Shown piece by piece: positions 47,280-56,430 of a stretch of DNA of 64,000 nt. The DNA is taken from contig JANPDV010000311.1 of NCBI GenBank assembly GCA_031431655.1, forward strand, positions 177-64,176, given 5' to 3'. The stretch's first letter is position 1. Every line of letters starts with the position of its first letter. The notes under the pieces were generated by a model. It was given only the letters and a program-made list of their open reading frames with translations. It was not told where the DNA came from and did not search any database. Origin of the DNA: Gammaproteobacteria bacterium. GTDB lineage: Bacteria; Pseudomonadota; Gammaproteobacteria; Steroidobacterales; Steroidobacteraceae. A program made the position numbers and the translations under genes.

Positions 47280-48829
47280 GGTGCAGGCCCCGCAGCATTG
47301 ATGAAGAACGGCGGCGGTCGGGAGCGGGCAAGGCAACGCGTGTCGAGCGCCGCGGGATCTGCATCGCGCAGGAAGTCGGCGAAGATGCGGTCGATGCAGG
47401 GCTGGGTCACCTGGCCGTGGCCGGCGCCTGCCACCACGACATGCCTAGCGCGACTCAGGCCGCGCTGGCTGCGCGACGCGTTGGCCGGAGGGGTAACCGG
47501 ATCGTCCTCGCCCGACAGCAGCAGTGCCGGGACGTCCGACTTCAGCGGGGCGCGCAGGTCCGTATCCAGCACGCCGCGTGGCCAGGTGGAGCACAGCCAG
47601 CGCAGGCCATCGAGCGCCTCGACGCCGAGATAGGTGCTGGCGAGCTGGGCGCGATCGACCCGGGCGTCGTCGACGAACGGCAGATCCTCGGTACAGACGA
47701 CCGAATTGTGCATGCCGTAGGCGAGCAGGTTGCCGGTGGACGCTTCGATCATCAGGTACAGGCCGGCGAGCGGCAGGAAGTTGCGCTGGCGCTGCGCGGC
47801 GGCGAGCGCGTACGGGAGCATCGCCGCAGATCCCGACGAATAGCTCTGCAGGCGCAGCACGGCCGCCAGGTGCCTGGCCGAGAAGCGCAGCGTGCGCGGC
47901 GCGGCGCTGCGTGGATCCGGCAGGCTGACCTCGACCGGCGCGGTCTGCAGCTCCGCGCGCAGCGCCCGATACGCCGCGCTCGGGTCACCGAAGGCCTTGC
48001 GGCATTCCCCATCGAGCCGGCAACGCGCCAGGATGCGGTCGAGGGCGGCTTCGGCGTCCGTGGCGATGGCCGGCCCCAGCGACAGCCCGGGCGGCGCCAC
48101 GCCATCGAGGATCACGCTGCGGGTGTGCTGCGGAAAGCGCCGCAGGTAATGCTGCGCGACGCGCGTGCCGTACGACACGCCGTAGAGATTGATCTGCTCG
48201 TAGCCGAGCGCCGCACGCACGGCATCGAGATCACGGACCGCCACGCTGGTGGTGAACTGGGTCAGGTCGTGCTGCGCCTGCAGCGTGTCGCGGCAGCGAG
48301 CGGTAACCGCGACGATGTCGGCTTCGCGACCCTCGAGCAGCACCTCATCCGACAAGCCGCAGGTCAGCGGCGTTGAACGGCCGGTGCCGCGCTGATCGAC
48401 CAGCACGATGTCCCGATCCCGGCCAACCCGGGCGAAGGCCTGGGCGACGCCGGTGTACATGTCCGCCGTGCCCATGCCAGGGCCGCCGGCGATCAGGAAC
48501 AGCGGGTCCGACCGGCTGCGCCGGTTGATCGCCGGCACGCGCGCGACGAACAGGCGAACCTGCCGGCCAGTCGGGCTGGAGGCATCCTCGGGTACCGACA
48601 GCGTGGCGCACTCGGCCGTGTAGGCGCGCAGCCGCGAGGCGTGTTCCAGGCGGCAGGGGGTGAATCGCGGCGCTGCCCCAGCCCGGGTCGCGCTGGCCTG
48701 GTTCGCGTCGGGCCGGTTCGCCTGCGCGCCAGCGACCGGGACCGCGACCAGCCCTGCCCACGCCAGGCCCAGCAACGCCGCGCGTGCAAGCAGGGTCCGA
48801 ACGGCGCGGCAAGGCGAGGGGGATGTCAT
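47276..48829 (-). CDS. Secreted alpha/beta hydrolase (tripeptidyl aminopeptidase/TAP-like)
   Basis: 517 aa with signal peptide. [11 protein letters not shown] oxyanion region, nucleophile elbow LYGVSYGT, and C-terminal GAGHG. Confidence 0.7.
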   Translation of the reverse strand: MTSPSPCRAVRTLLARAALLGLAWAGLVAVPVAGAQANRPDANQASATRAGAAPRFTPCRLEHASRLRAYTAECATLSVPEDASSPTGRQVRLFVARVPAINRRSRSDPLFLIAGGPGMGTADMYTGVAQAFARVGRDRDIVLVDQRGTGRSTPLTCGLSDEVLLEGREADIVAVTARCRDTLQAQHDLTQFTTSVAVRDLDAVRAALGYEQINLYGVSYGTRVAQHYLRRFPQHTRSVILDGVAPPGLSLGPAIATDAEAALDRILARCRLDGECRKAFGDPSAAYRALRAELQTAPVEVSLPDPRSAAPRTLRFSARHLAAVLRLQSYSSGSAAMLPYALAAAQRQRNFLPLAGLYLMIEASTGNLLAYGMHNSVVCTEDLPFVDDARVDRAQLASTYLGVEALDGLRWLCSTWPRGVLDTDLRAPLKSDVPALLLSGEDDPVTPPANASRSQRGLSRARHVVVAGAGHGQVTQPCIDRIFADFLRDADPAALDTRCLARSRPPPFFINAAGPAP

Positions 48830-48905
48830 TGGGCGCGGCGATCCTGCCTACAATACGCGCCCTCTTCAAGCCGCAAATCCGGGTATCGGAAGCATCGGGT
48901 CGAGC

Positions 48906-50846
48906 ATGCGTTTCGCACACTCTTTCGAGGTCATCGTGATCGGTGGCGGCCACGCCGGCACCGAGGCCGCGCTCGCGTCCGCGCGTATGGGGCGCGCAAC
49001 ACTGCTGCTGACCCAGAGCGTCGAGACGCTCGGCGCGATGAGCTGCAACCCGGCCTTCGGCGGCATCGGCAAGGGCCACCTGGTGCGCGAGATCGACGCG
49101 CTGGGCGGGGCGATGGCACAGGCCGCCGACGCCGCCGCGATCCAGGCCCGCACCCTGAACGGCAGCAAGGGTCCGGCGGTGCGCGCGACCCGCATCCAGG
49201 CCGACCGGGCGCTGTACCGGCGGGCGATCCGCAGCCGCCTGGAGAACCAGCCGAACCTGTCCGTCTTCCAGCAGGAGGTCGCCGACCTGGTGGTCGAGGA
49301 CGGCCGGGTACGCGGGGCAGTCACCATAACTGGCATCGTGTTCGAGGCGCGCGCGGTGGTGCTGACGGTCGGCACGTTCCTCGGTGGTCGTATCCATGTC
49401 GGCCTGGACAACCACGCCGGCGGCCGCGCCGGCGACCCAGCTTCGAACGCGCTGGCCGCCCGGCTGCGGGCCCTGCCGCTGCGGGTCGGTCGGCTGAAGA
49501 CCGGCACGCCGCCGCGGCTCGATGGCCGGACGATCGACTACAGCCGGACCCTGCCCCAGCACAGCGACGAGCCACGACCGGTGTTTTCGTTCCTTGGGCG
49601 AGTCAATAACCATCCACAACAGCTTCCTTGTCACATCACTGCGACCAATGAGCGCACGCACGCGCTGATCCGCGCCGGCTGCGATCGCTCGCCGATGTTC
49701 ACCGGCAAGATCGAAGGCGTGGGCCCGCGCTACTGCCCGTCGGTCGAGGACAAGGTCCACCGCTTCGCCGACAAGACCTCGCACCAGATCTTCCTCGAGC
49801 CCGAGGGGCTGACCACGAACGAGGTCTACCCAAATGGCATCTCGACCAGCCTGCCGTTCGATGTGCAGCAGGCCTTTGTTGCGACCATCCCGGGCCTGGA
49901 GCGAGTTCACATAACGCGCCCCGGTTATGCGATCGAGTACGACTACTTCGACCCGCGCGACCTGGCCCCCAGCCTCGAGACCAAGTGCATCGCCGGGCTG
50001 TACTTCGCCGGCCAGATCAACGGCACCACCGGCTACGAAGAGGCCGGCGCCCAGGGCCTGGTCGCCGGACTCAACGCAGCCCGTGCGGTGCGCGATGAAG
50101 CGCCGTGGACCCCGCTGCGCAGTGAGTCTTACATCGGTGTGCTGATCGACGACCTAGTGACCCGCGGCACGCGCGAGCCATATCGCATGTTCACCAGCCG
50201 CGCCGAGCATCGGCTGCTGTTGCGCGAAGACAACGCTGACCTGCGGCTGACGCCACAGGGCCGTGCGCTGGGCCTGGTGGACGACACGCGCTGGGCGCTT
50301 TTCGAGCGCAAGCGCGACGGTGCCCAAGCCGAGGTCCAGAGGCTCAGCGCAGTGCGGGTGAACCGGCTGAACGCGGTAACGGGCGCGGCCGTCGCCGCGT
50401 GGTCGGAGCGCGTGCTGGGCGGGCCGCTGCCGCGCGACCTGTCCGCGTTCGAACTGCTGCGTCGGCCGGACGTCAGCCTGCAGTCGCTCGACGAATTGCT
50501 GCAGGCGCTTGGGCCAGCACCAACGGCGGCGGTCGGCTCAGCCTGGGCTGCGCTCGACGATCGCCTGCCGCGCGAGATCCGCCTGCAGCTCGAGGTGCGC
50601 GCCAAGTACCACGGCTACATCGAGCGCCAGGCCGACGAGATTGAACGCCAGCGGCACAGCGAGCAGCTCGCGCTGCCGTCGGACCTCGACTACGCCGCGA
50701 TCCGCGGTCTGTCGCATGAGGCACGCCAGAAGCTGATGGACGTACGCCCGACCACGCTCGGCCAGGCGGCACGCGTCCCCGGCGTCACCCCGGCTGCGAT
50801 CTCGCTGATGCTGATCCACCTGAAGAAGCGTCGCGCCGCGGCATGA
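48906..50846 (+). CDS. mnmG: tRNA uridine 5-carboxymethylaminomethyl modification enzyme MnmG (GidA)
   Basis: Internal ATG 48906. [26 protein letters not shown] motif, [24 protein letters not shown], and [16 protein letters not shown]. Confidence 0.95.
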   Translation: MRFAHSFEVIVIGGGHAGTEAALASARMGRATLLLTQSVETLGAMSCNPAFGGIGKGHLVREIDALGGAMAQAADAAAIQARTLNGSKGPAVRATRIQADRALYRRAIRSRLENQPNLSVFQQEVADLVVEDGRVRGAVTITGIVFEARAVVLTVGTFLGGRIHVGLDNHAGGRAGDPASNALAARLRALPLRVGRLKTGTPPRLDGRTIDYSRTLPQHSDEPRPVFSFLGRVNNHPQQLPCHITATNERTHALIRAGCDRSPMFTGKIEGVGPRYCPSVEDKVHRFADKTSHQIFLEPEGLTTNEVYPNGISTSLPFDVQQAFVATIPGLERVHITRPGYAIEYDYFDPRDLAPSLETKCIAGLYFAGQINGTTGYEEAGAQGLVAGLNAARAVRDEAPWTPLRSESYIGVLIDDLVTRGTREPYRMFTSRAEHRLLLREDNADLRLTPQGRALGLVDDTRWALFERKRDGAQAEVQRLSAVRVNRLNAVTGAAVAAWSERVLGGPLPRDLSAFELLRRPDVSLQSLDELLQALGPAPTAAVGSAWAALDDRLPREIRLQLEVRAKYHGYIERQADEIERQRHSEQLALPSDLDYAAIRGLSHEARQKLMDVRPTTLGQAARVPGVTPAAISLMLIHLKKRRAAA

Positions 50847-50867
50847 ACGCGGCCACTGCGACGCTGT

Positions 50868-51506
50868 TCAAGGCCTGCGAACAGCCTCCGCAGCTTCGGC
50901 CATCGCCGCGATGGCCGCGTCGCCCCGTTCGCGCAACCCCTGCAGCACACCCGCGCGATCCGCTTCGGTCTTGTTCTGCCCCAGCTTCAGTTTGCACAGC
51001 GCGCGGCTGATCGGTATCTCGAGGCCGACAATCGCACCCAGTATCTTCTGCACGTAGTCCGCGGGAGCATCGGAGACGGCCCAGGGCTCGGACCGCGCGG
51101 CCTCATGCTGGGTCGTGAGGCGATCGACGAGTCCGCGCAGCCAGACGGCGTCGTGCACAAAGGTGATCGGACCGTAGCAGTGCGCCACGGCGTAGGCCCA
51201 GGTGGGCACTACCTTGCCGGTCTGCTGCTTGGTCGGATACCAGGACGGCGTGATGTACGCCTCGGGTCCCTGGAACACGACCAGCACCTCGCCGCCGGCC
51301 GCGCCGCTCTGCCACAGTGGGTTGGCGCGGGCGATATGCGCGCGCAGCACGCCGTGCCCGTGCGCGGCGGCGTCGAGCTCGAACGGCACGTGATTCGCGA
51401 CCAGGCCTGCGGCGGTCTGCGCAACCAGCGTGCCCAGAGGGTGCGCGCGAATCAGACTGGCGAGGGTTTCGGAGTCGGTAGCTTCGAAATGCTTCGGCAG
51501 GTACAT
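50868..51506 (-). CDS. FMN-binding negative transcriptional regulator (PaiB family)
   Basis: MYLPKHFEATDSETLASLIRAHPLGTLV..., GHGVLRAHIARANPLW, and KLKLGQNK near the C-terminus. Confidence 0.75.
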   Translation of the reverse strand: MYLPKHFEATDSETLASLIRAHPLGTLVAQTAAGLVANHVPFELDAAAHGHGVLRAHIARANPLWQSGAAGGEVLVVFQGPEAYITPSWYPTKQQTGKVVPTWAYAVAHCYGPITFVHDAVWLRGLVDRLTTQHEAARSEPWAVSDAPADYVQKILGAIVGLEIPISRALCKLKLGQNKTEADRAGVLQGLRERGDAAIAAMAEAAEAVRRP

Positions 51507-51522
51507 CGGGGTTCCGCAACGC

Positions 51523-52635
51523 TCAGCCCGTACCCGGCACCAGCGGCACGGTCTCCTGCACCCAGTTGTCGGACGTGCGCCGGTCCGGACACGGAATCGT
51601 TACGGCGAAGTCGCCGAGCCGGGCGTTCAGCGCCTTGACGTCGATCTTCCAGCCGAGCGCGTCCCACTTCTTCAGCCACTCGCGATACGCCGCGATCGCC
51701 GCATCGCCGGGGACCAGTACTTCCTTGGTATTGGTGTCGGGCGTCCGCACGGGATTGAGGTTCTGTACAACGGCCATGTCCTCCTGCACGACCCGCAGGG
51801 TGACGTCTTCCATGCGCTTCTCGTGCATGTCCTCCATCAGCCAGTTGCGCATCGAAACCAGGTACAGCTTGGTGTTCGACTCGTCGATCGGCGCCTCGAA
51901 CAGGTACTGATGGAAGGAGTTGGTCGCGGTCAGGTCGATGTAGGTGACGAGCTGGTTCGGGCCCTGGTGCCAGGAGCCGGCGGCGCCGACGCGCGGGCCC
52001 TGCCGTACGCCCGCAAGCGCGGTGTCCTCGTTCTTGCTGCCGCCGAACTTCATGTAGTGCTTGCTGCCCCAGGGGATCTGCTCGATCGGCAGCGGCGTGC
52101 GCTGCTGCTCGGGCGACAGCGAGGGCTGGCCCTGCGCCTGGTGCACGAATTCATTGTGGATCGGGTCGAGGCCGTTCTCGATCGAGCGCTCGTAGTAGGC
52201 CTTGAGGTCGAACGCGAACAGCTGCGCGCGCCACTGCGGCGTGCCGTACTCCTCGATGTCATACAGCGGCGGCCGCTCGGCCTCGGGCAGGTCGCCCAGG
52301 AACGCGAACACGAGGCCGTACTTTTCCTGCACGGGATACGCATCGACCTTGGCACGCGCCGGCAGCTTCGCGTCCGCGCCCAGCGACGGGATCTTCGTGC
52401 AGCGCCCGTCGCCGCCATACTCCCAGCCGTGATAGGGACAGGCGACCGAGTTGCCCTTGACCTTGCCGAGACCGAGCGCGCCGCCGCGATGCGCGCAGGT
52501 GTCCGAGAGCACGCGCGCCTTGCCGTCCGTGTCGCGGAACGCGACGAACGGCAGGCAGAGTCGTTTGACGCGCAGCGGCTTCTCCGCCGTCACCTCGCCG
52601 CTCAGCGCCATCGGATACCAGAAATTGATGTACAT
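51523..52635 (-). CDS. Rieske [2Fe-2S] non-heme iron oxygenase, alpha-subunit type
   Basis: CAHRGGAL...CPYHGW (C-x-H ... C-x2-H Rieske motif) and ENGLDPIHNEFVH (D-x2-H-x4-H mononuclear iron motif). Confidence 0.8.
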   Translation of the reverse strand: MYINFWYPMALSGEVTAEKPLRVKRLCLPFVAFRDTDGKARVLSDTCAHRGGALGLGKVKGNSVACPYHGWEYGGDGRCTKIPSLGADAKLPARAKVDAYPVQEKYGLVFAFLGDLPEAERPPLYDIEEYGTPQWRAQLFAFDLKAYYERSIENGLDPIHNEFVHQAQGQPSLSPEQQRTPLPIEQIPWGSKHYMKFGGSKNEDTALAGVRQGPRVGAAGSWHQGPNQLVTYIDLTATNSFHQYLFEAPIDESNTKLYLVSMRNWLMEDMHEKRMEDVTLRVVQEDMAVVQNLNPVRTPDTNTKEVLVPGDAAIAAYREWLKKWDALGWKIDVKALNARLGDFAVTIPCPDRRTSDNWVQETVPLVPGTG

Positions 52636-52704
52636 CGTGCCGGACTCCCTCAGAGGATAGGCTCGATTATTCCCCAGGTGCCGCGCAGCCGGACGGACGC
52701 GGGC

Positions 52705-53172
52705 TCAGCCGATGGGCGAGTCACCGCCGACCGGTCGTTCGATCTTTCTTGCCAGCACGATGGATGTCGAGGTGCGCGAGACACCTTCGAGCTCGCCGAT
52801 CGAGTCGAGCAGCCGGTCGAGCTGCTCGGGACCCGCCGCCACCAGCAGCGCGATGTAGTCGTTGTCGCCGCTCACGGCGCTGAGCTGGCGCACTTCCGGC
52901 ATGCGCTGCAGCTCGCGCACCACCTCGCGTCCCGCCTTCGGCGCGACGCAGATGCCGACATACGCCTGCAGCTCCGGTGCGCCGGCCGCGCTGCCAAGCT
53001 TGACGGTGTAACCGAGGATCCGACCGTCGCGCTCCAGCCGGCGCATCCGCGCGATCACGGTGGTGCGCGCAGTGCCGAGCTGGCGCGCCAGATTGGCGAC
53101 AGACTCGCGCGCGTTCTGGATCAGCAGCGCGGTCAGACGCTGGTCGAGGGGATCGGGCGGCGTCGCAGCCAT
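52705..53172 (-). CDS. Lrp/AsnC family transcriptional regulator
   Basis: Internal ATG 53172. LDQRLTALLIQNARESVANLARQLGTARTTVIARMRRLERDGRILGY HTH, plus a C-terminal ACT-like (RAM) domain. Confidence 0.85.
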   Translation of the reverse strand: MAATPPDPLDQRLTALLIQNARESVANLARQLGTARTTVIARMRRLERDGRILGYTVKLGSAAGAPELQAYVGICVAPKAGREVVRELQRMPEVRQLSAVSGDNDYIALLVAAGPEQLDRLLDSIGELEGVSRTSTSIVLARKIERPVGGDSPIG

Positions 53173-53244
53173 CGAGAAGCCTTTCACTACATTCTGGAAG
53201 ATATGCGTTCGTATTCTGACGTAGTTGAATGCTATTACGTCAGT

Positions 53245-54123
53245 ATGGACGTCGCTTTGTCTATAGGGGCGGGGCAAGCTTCCGATGGATTGCGCTCGGA
53301 CACAGCCCCGACGGAGACCGCCACGAAAGTCCTGCTGCTCGGTGCCGGCCACATCGGCGAGACCATCGCCCGCCTGCTGTCCGAGACCGGCGATTACCGC
53401 GTCGCCGTGGTCGACGAAAGCGCGCAGTCGTTGCAGCGGCTGGCGGGCCTCGATGTCGCGCGCCGCGCGCTGCCACTACTTCGACCTCACCAAAGACGTG
53501 CACGCCACGCGCAGCATCCGCGAACTGGCGGCTGATGCGACCACCGCCTTCATGCCGCAGTGCGGACTGGCCCCGGGCTTCATCGGCATCGTGGGCCACC
53601 ACCTCGCCAAACAATTCGACACGCTGCACGAGGTCAAGATGCGCGTTGGCGCGCTGCCGGCGTTTCCGACCAATGCGCTGAAGTACAACCTGACCTGGAG
53701 CGTCGACGGCCTGATCAACGAGTACTGCCACGCCTGCGAGGAGATTCGCGACGGCCAGCCGATCGAGGTACTGCCGATGGAAGGACTGGAGCCTTCTCGC
53801 TCGACGGCGTGGAGTACGAAGCGTTCAACACCTCCGGCGGCCTCGGCACGCTGTGCGAAACGCTGGCCGGCCGCGTCAGCCTGGAGTACAGCAGCGACGT
53901 GGGCCAGGTGCTGCACCAGGTCGAGGGGTCGCGCGCGATGTACACCCTGCGTGGCGACGAAATCCACGTGCGCGCGAAGATCGTGTCGACCAGGTTGCAG
54001 CCGAATCCGGCGTATGCAGACGATGTGGAGATGGCCTGGACGCAACCGGTCGGCAGCCCTGGCCTGCGGCCGCTGCAGGCGCCGCTGGCGGAGCCTGGGC
54101 AGCTGACCGCCGGCGGGGTTTGA
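53245..54123 (+). pseudogene. Saccharopine/lysine dehydrogenase-family gene disrupted by at least two frameshifts
   Basis: Frame 1: KVLLLGAGHIGETIARLLSETGDYRVAVVDES (Rossmann), which stops at 53535. The homologous continuation HYFDLTKDVHATRSI...CGLAPGFIG...LKYNLTWSVDGLINEY reads in another frame (about 53470-53790). FSLDGVEYEAFNTSGGLGTL then returns to the first frame. Confidence 0.6.
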
Positions 54124-54173
54124 AAGTAAGTTATGATCGCGCTGAGCGCAGTCGTGCGCTCAGCGAAGAGCCA

Positions 54174-55079
54174 ATGACAGAAACCCGCACGACTCCCGCT
54201 GCAGATCCACAACCTGGCGGTGTCGGCGATTCCGACGTCGACCTGCGCACCCTGCTGTCGCAACTCTGGCGGCGGCGTTGGCTCATCCTCACCATTACTC
54301 TGGCCTTTACGGCAATTCTCGCCGCCGTAGCCTTCCTGACCACCCCCGTCTATCGGGCCAGCACGGTGCTCGCGCTGGGCAATGTCGACCGCAATGGCGC
54401 TGGCGCGCTTGGTGCGATGATCGGGCAGTTCGGCGGCCTAGCATCGCTCGCTGGCCTGAATGTCGGCGGCGCTGGCGATTCCGACACGGAGGTCTCGCTG
54501 GCGGTGCTGCGCTCCCGGCAGTTCACGGAGGCTTTCATTCGCGACCGGAAGCTGCTTCCGGTGCTGTTCGACGACCGCTGGGATGCTGGCACTGCAACCT
54601 GGAAGGGGCCGAAGAAAGACTGGCCGACGCTGGCCCAGGGCTACAAATTCTTCGATCGCGAGGTCCGCTCGATCGCTTACGACCGCAAAACCGGGCTCGT
54701 GACGCTGCAGATCGACTGGCGCGATCCCGAAATCGCGGCGCAATGGGCCAACGAACTGGTCACGCGCGCCAACGCCGAGATGCGACGGCGCGCGATCCAG
54801 GATGCCCGCGCCTCGATCGACTATCTGGAAAAGGAACTGTCCGCGACTACGACGGTGGACACGCGCACGGCCATCAGCCGGCTCATGGAGGCACAGATCA
54901 GGCAGCGCATGTTGGCCAACGTCACATTCGAATACGCATTTAAAGTGATCGACGCGGCGCTGGCACCCGACCTCAAGGACATGATCCGGCCAAAGCGGCT
55001 GCTGCTGGTTGCCTTCGGCGCCGTGCTCGGCATGCTCGTTGCAGTGATCGTCGCCCTGCTGATGCGCCGCGGCGCCTAG
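54174..55079 (+). CDS. wzz: Polysaccharide chain-length determinant (Wzz-type) protein
   Basis: Internal ATG 54174. N-terminal TM after DLRTLLSQLWRRRWLIL, YRASTVL, a coiled periplasmic segment, and a C-terminal TM RPKRLLLVAFGAVLGMLVAVIVALL. Confidence 0.65.
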   Translation: MTETRTTPAADPQPGGVGDSDVDLRTLLSQLWRRRWLILTITLAFTAILAAVAFLTTPVYRASTVLALGNVDRNGAGALGAMIGQFGGLASLAGLNVGGAGDSDTEVSLAVLRSRQFTEAFIRDRKLLPVLFDDRWDAGTATWKGPKKDWPTLAQGYKFFDREVRSIAYDRKTGLVTLQIDWRDPEIAAQWANELVTRANAEMRRRAIQDARASIDYLEKELSATTTVDTRTAISRLMEAQIRQRMLANVTFEYAFKVIDAALAPDLKDMIRPKRLLLVAFGAVLGMLVAVIVALLMRRGA

Positions 55080-55107
55080 GCTCGCATGTCAGGGAGACGC
55101 TGAGGGA

Positions 55108-56421
55108 ATGGGGCGCCCGAACCGCGCCTTCGACCGACGCCTGGTGCGCAACGTCGGCTGGAACCTCGTCGGCACGCTGCTGCCGATACTGGTTGCGGTG
55201 ATAGCGATCCCGCCGCTGATCCGGGAACTCGGCGCTGCGCGCTTTGGGGTGTTGACGCTGGCTTGGATGGTGGCAGGCTACTTCAGTCTGTTCGACCTCG
55301 GTCTCGGCCGTGCGATGACGCAGCTGGTGGCCGAGAAAATTGGCCGCGACGAGCGACCCGGAATTCCGCCGCTCGTCTGGACGGCCATGACGCTGATGAC
55401 GGCGCTTGGGATTGCGGGCGGAGGGCTCATCGCACTCGCCTCGCCCTGGTTGGTCGGCCAGGTGTTGGAAATCCCGGTGGCGTTGCGCGCGGAAACGCTC
55501 TCGGCGTTCTACATTCTCGCCGCGTCGATTCCGATCGTCATCGGCACCACCGGGCTGCGCGGCATCCTCGAAGCGCACCAGCAGTTCGCGCTGGTCAACG
55601 TGGTGCGGATCCCGCTGGGCGTCGTGAACTATCTCGGTCCATTGCTGGTGCTGCCGTTCTACAACAGCCTGCCCGCGATGGTGCTGACCCTGGTGCTGTC
55701 GCGGCTGCTGTCGTGGCTCGCGTACCTCGCGATCTGCCTGTACAGCCACCCCGACCTGCGCGGTCGACGCGGCGTGGAGCGCAGCGAAATGCGCGCGCTG
55801 CTCGCGTACGGCGGCTGGATGACGCTCAGCAACGTCGCGGCGCCCCTGCTGCTGTACCTCGGCCGGCTGCTGATCGCCGTATTCGTATCAGCCGAGGCGG
55901 TTGCGTACTTTTCCACGCCCTACGACGTTGTGACCAACCTGCTGTTGATCCCCAGTGTGTTCGTCGGTGTGCTGTACCCGGCGTTCGCACAGATGTTCCA
56001 GAGCGATTCCACCGGCGTGCGCCCGCTTTACCGACGCTCGATGCTGCAGATCGGCGCGGCGATGCTGCCGCTGGTGCTGCTCACGTGGTTTTTCGCCCGT
56101 CCCGGCCTGCAGTGGTGGATCAACGAGGAATTTGCACGCGAGGGTTTCCGCGTCGCCCAGTGGTTGGCAGTCGGGATGTTCATCAACAGTTTCGGCCATC
56201 TCTCGCAGGCGCTGGTGCAGAGCTTTGGCCGACCGGACATAACCGCTAAGCTTCACGTCGGGGAGCTGTTCGCCTACGTGCCTTACCTGTGGTGGCTCAT
56301 CGATGCCTGGGGCATCGAGGGCGCGGCGGTGGCGTGGGTAATTCGCGTCACGATCAGCACGGCTGTGCTGGCCGTGCTCGCCAACCGCTGTATGGCGGGG
56401 TCGATGGCAAGAAGATTTTAG
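55108..56421 (+). CDS. wzx: Oligosaccharide flippase (Wzx, MOP superfamily)
   Basis: 437 aa with about 12 TM. The N-terminal pattern VRNVGWNLVGTLLPILVAVIAIPPLIRELGAARFGVL is typical of polysaccharide-biosynthesis flippases. Confidence 0.7.
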   Translation: MGRPNRAFDRRLVRNVGWNLVGTLLPILVAVIAIPPLIRELGAARFGVLTLAWMVAGYFSLFDLGLGRAMTQLVAEKIGRDERPGIPPLVWTAMTLMTALGIAGGGLIALASPWLVGQVLEIPVALRAETLSAFYILAASIPIVIGTTGLRGILEAHQQFALVNVVRIPLGVVNYLGPLLVLPFYNSLPAMVLTLVLSRLLSWLAYLAICLYSHPDLRGRRGVERSEMRALLAYGGWMTLSNVAAPLLLYLGRLLIAVFVSAEAVAYFSTPYDVVTNLLLIPSVFVGVLYPAFAQMFQSDSTGVRPLYRRSMLQIGAAMLPLVLLTWFFARPGLQWWINEEFAREGFRVAQWLAVGMFINSFGHLSQALVQSFGRPDITAKLHVGELFAYVPYLWWLIDAWGIEGAAVAWVIRVTISTAVLAVLANRCMAGSMARRF

Positions 56422-56430
56422 GCAGGTTCA

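Noticed and set aside
48848-48853. TACAAT -10-like hexamer 52 nt upstream of mnmG.
   Set aside because: The best -35 candidate (TTGGGC) is only 14 nt away, which is poor spacing. Not reported as a promoter.
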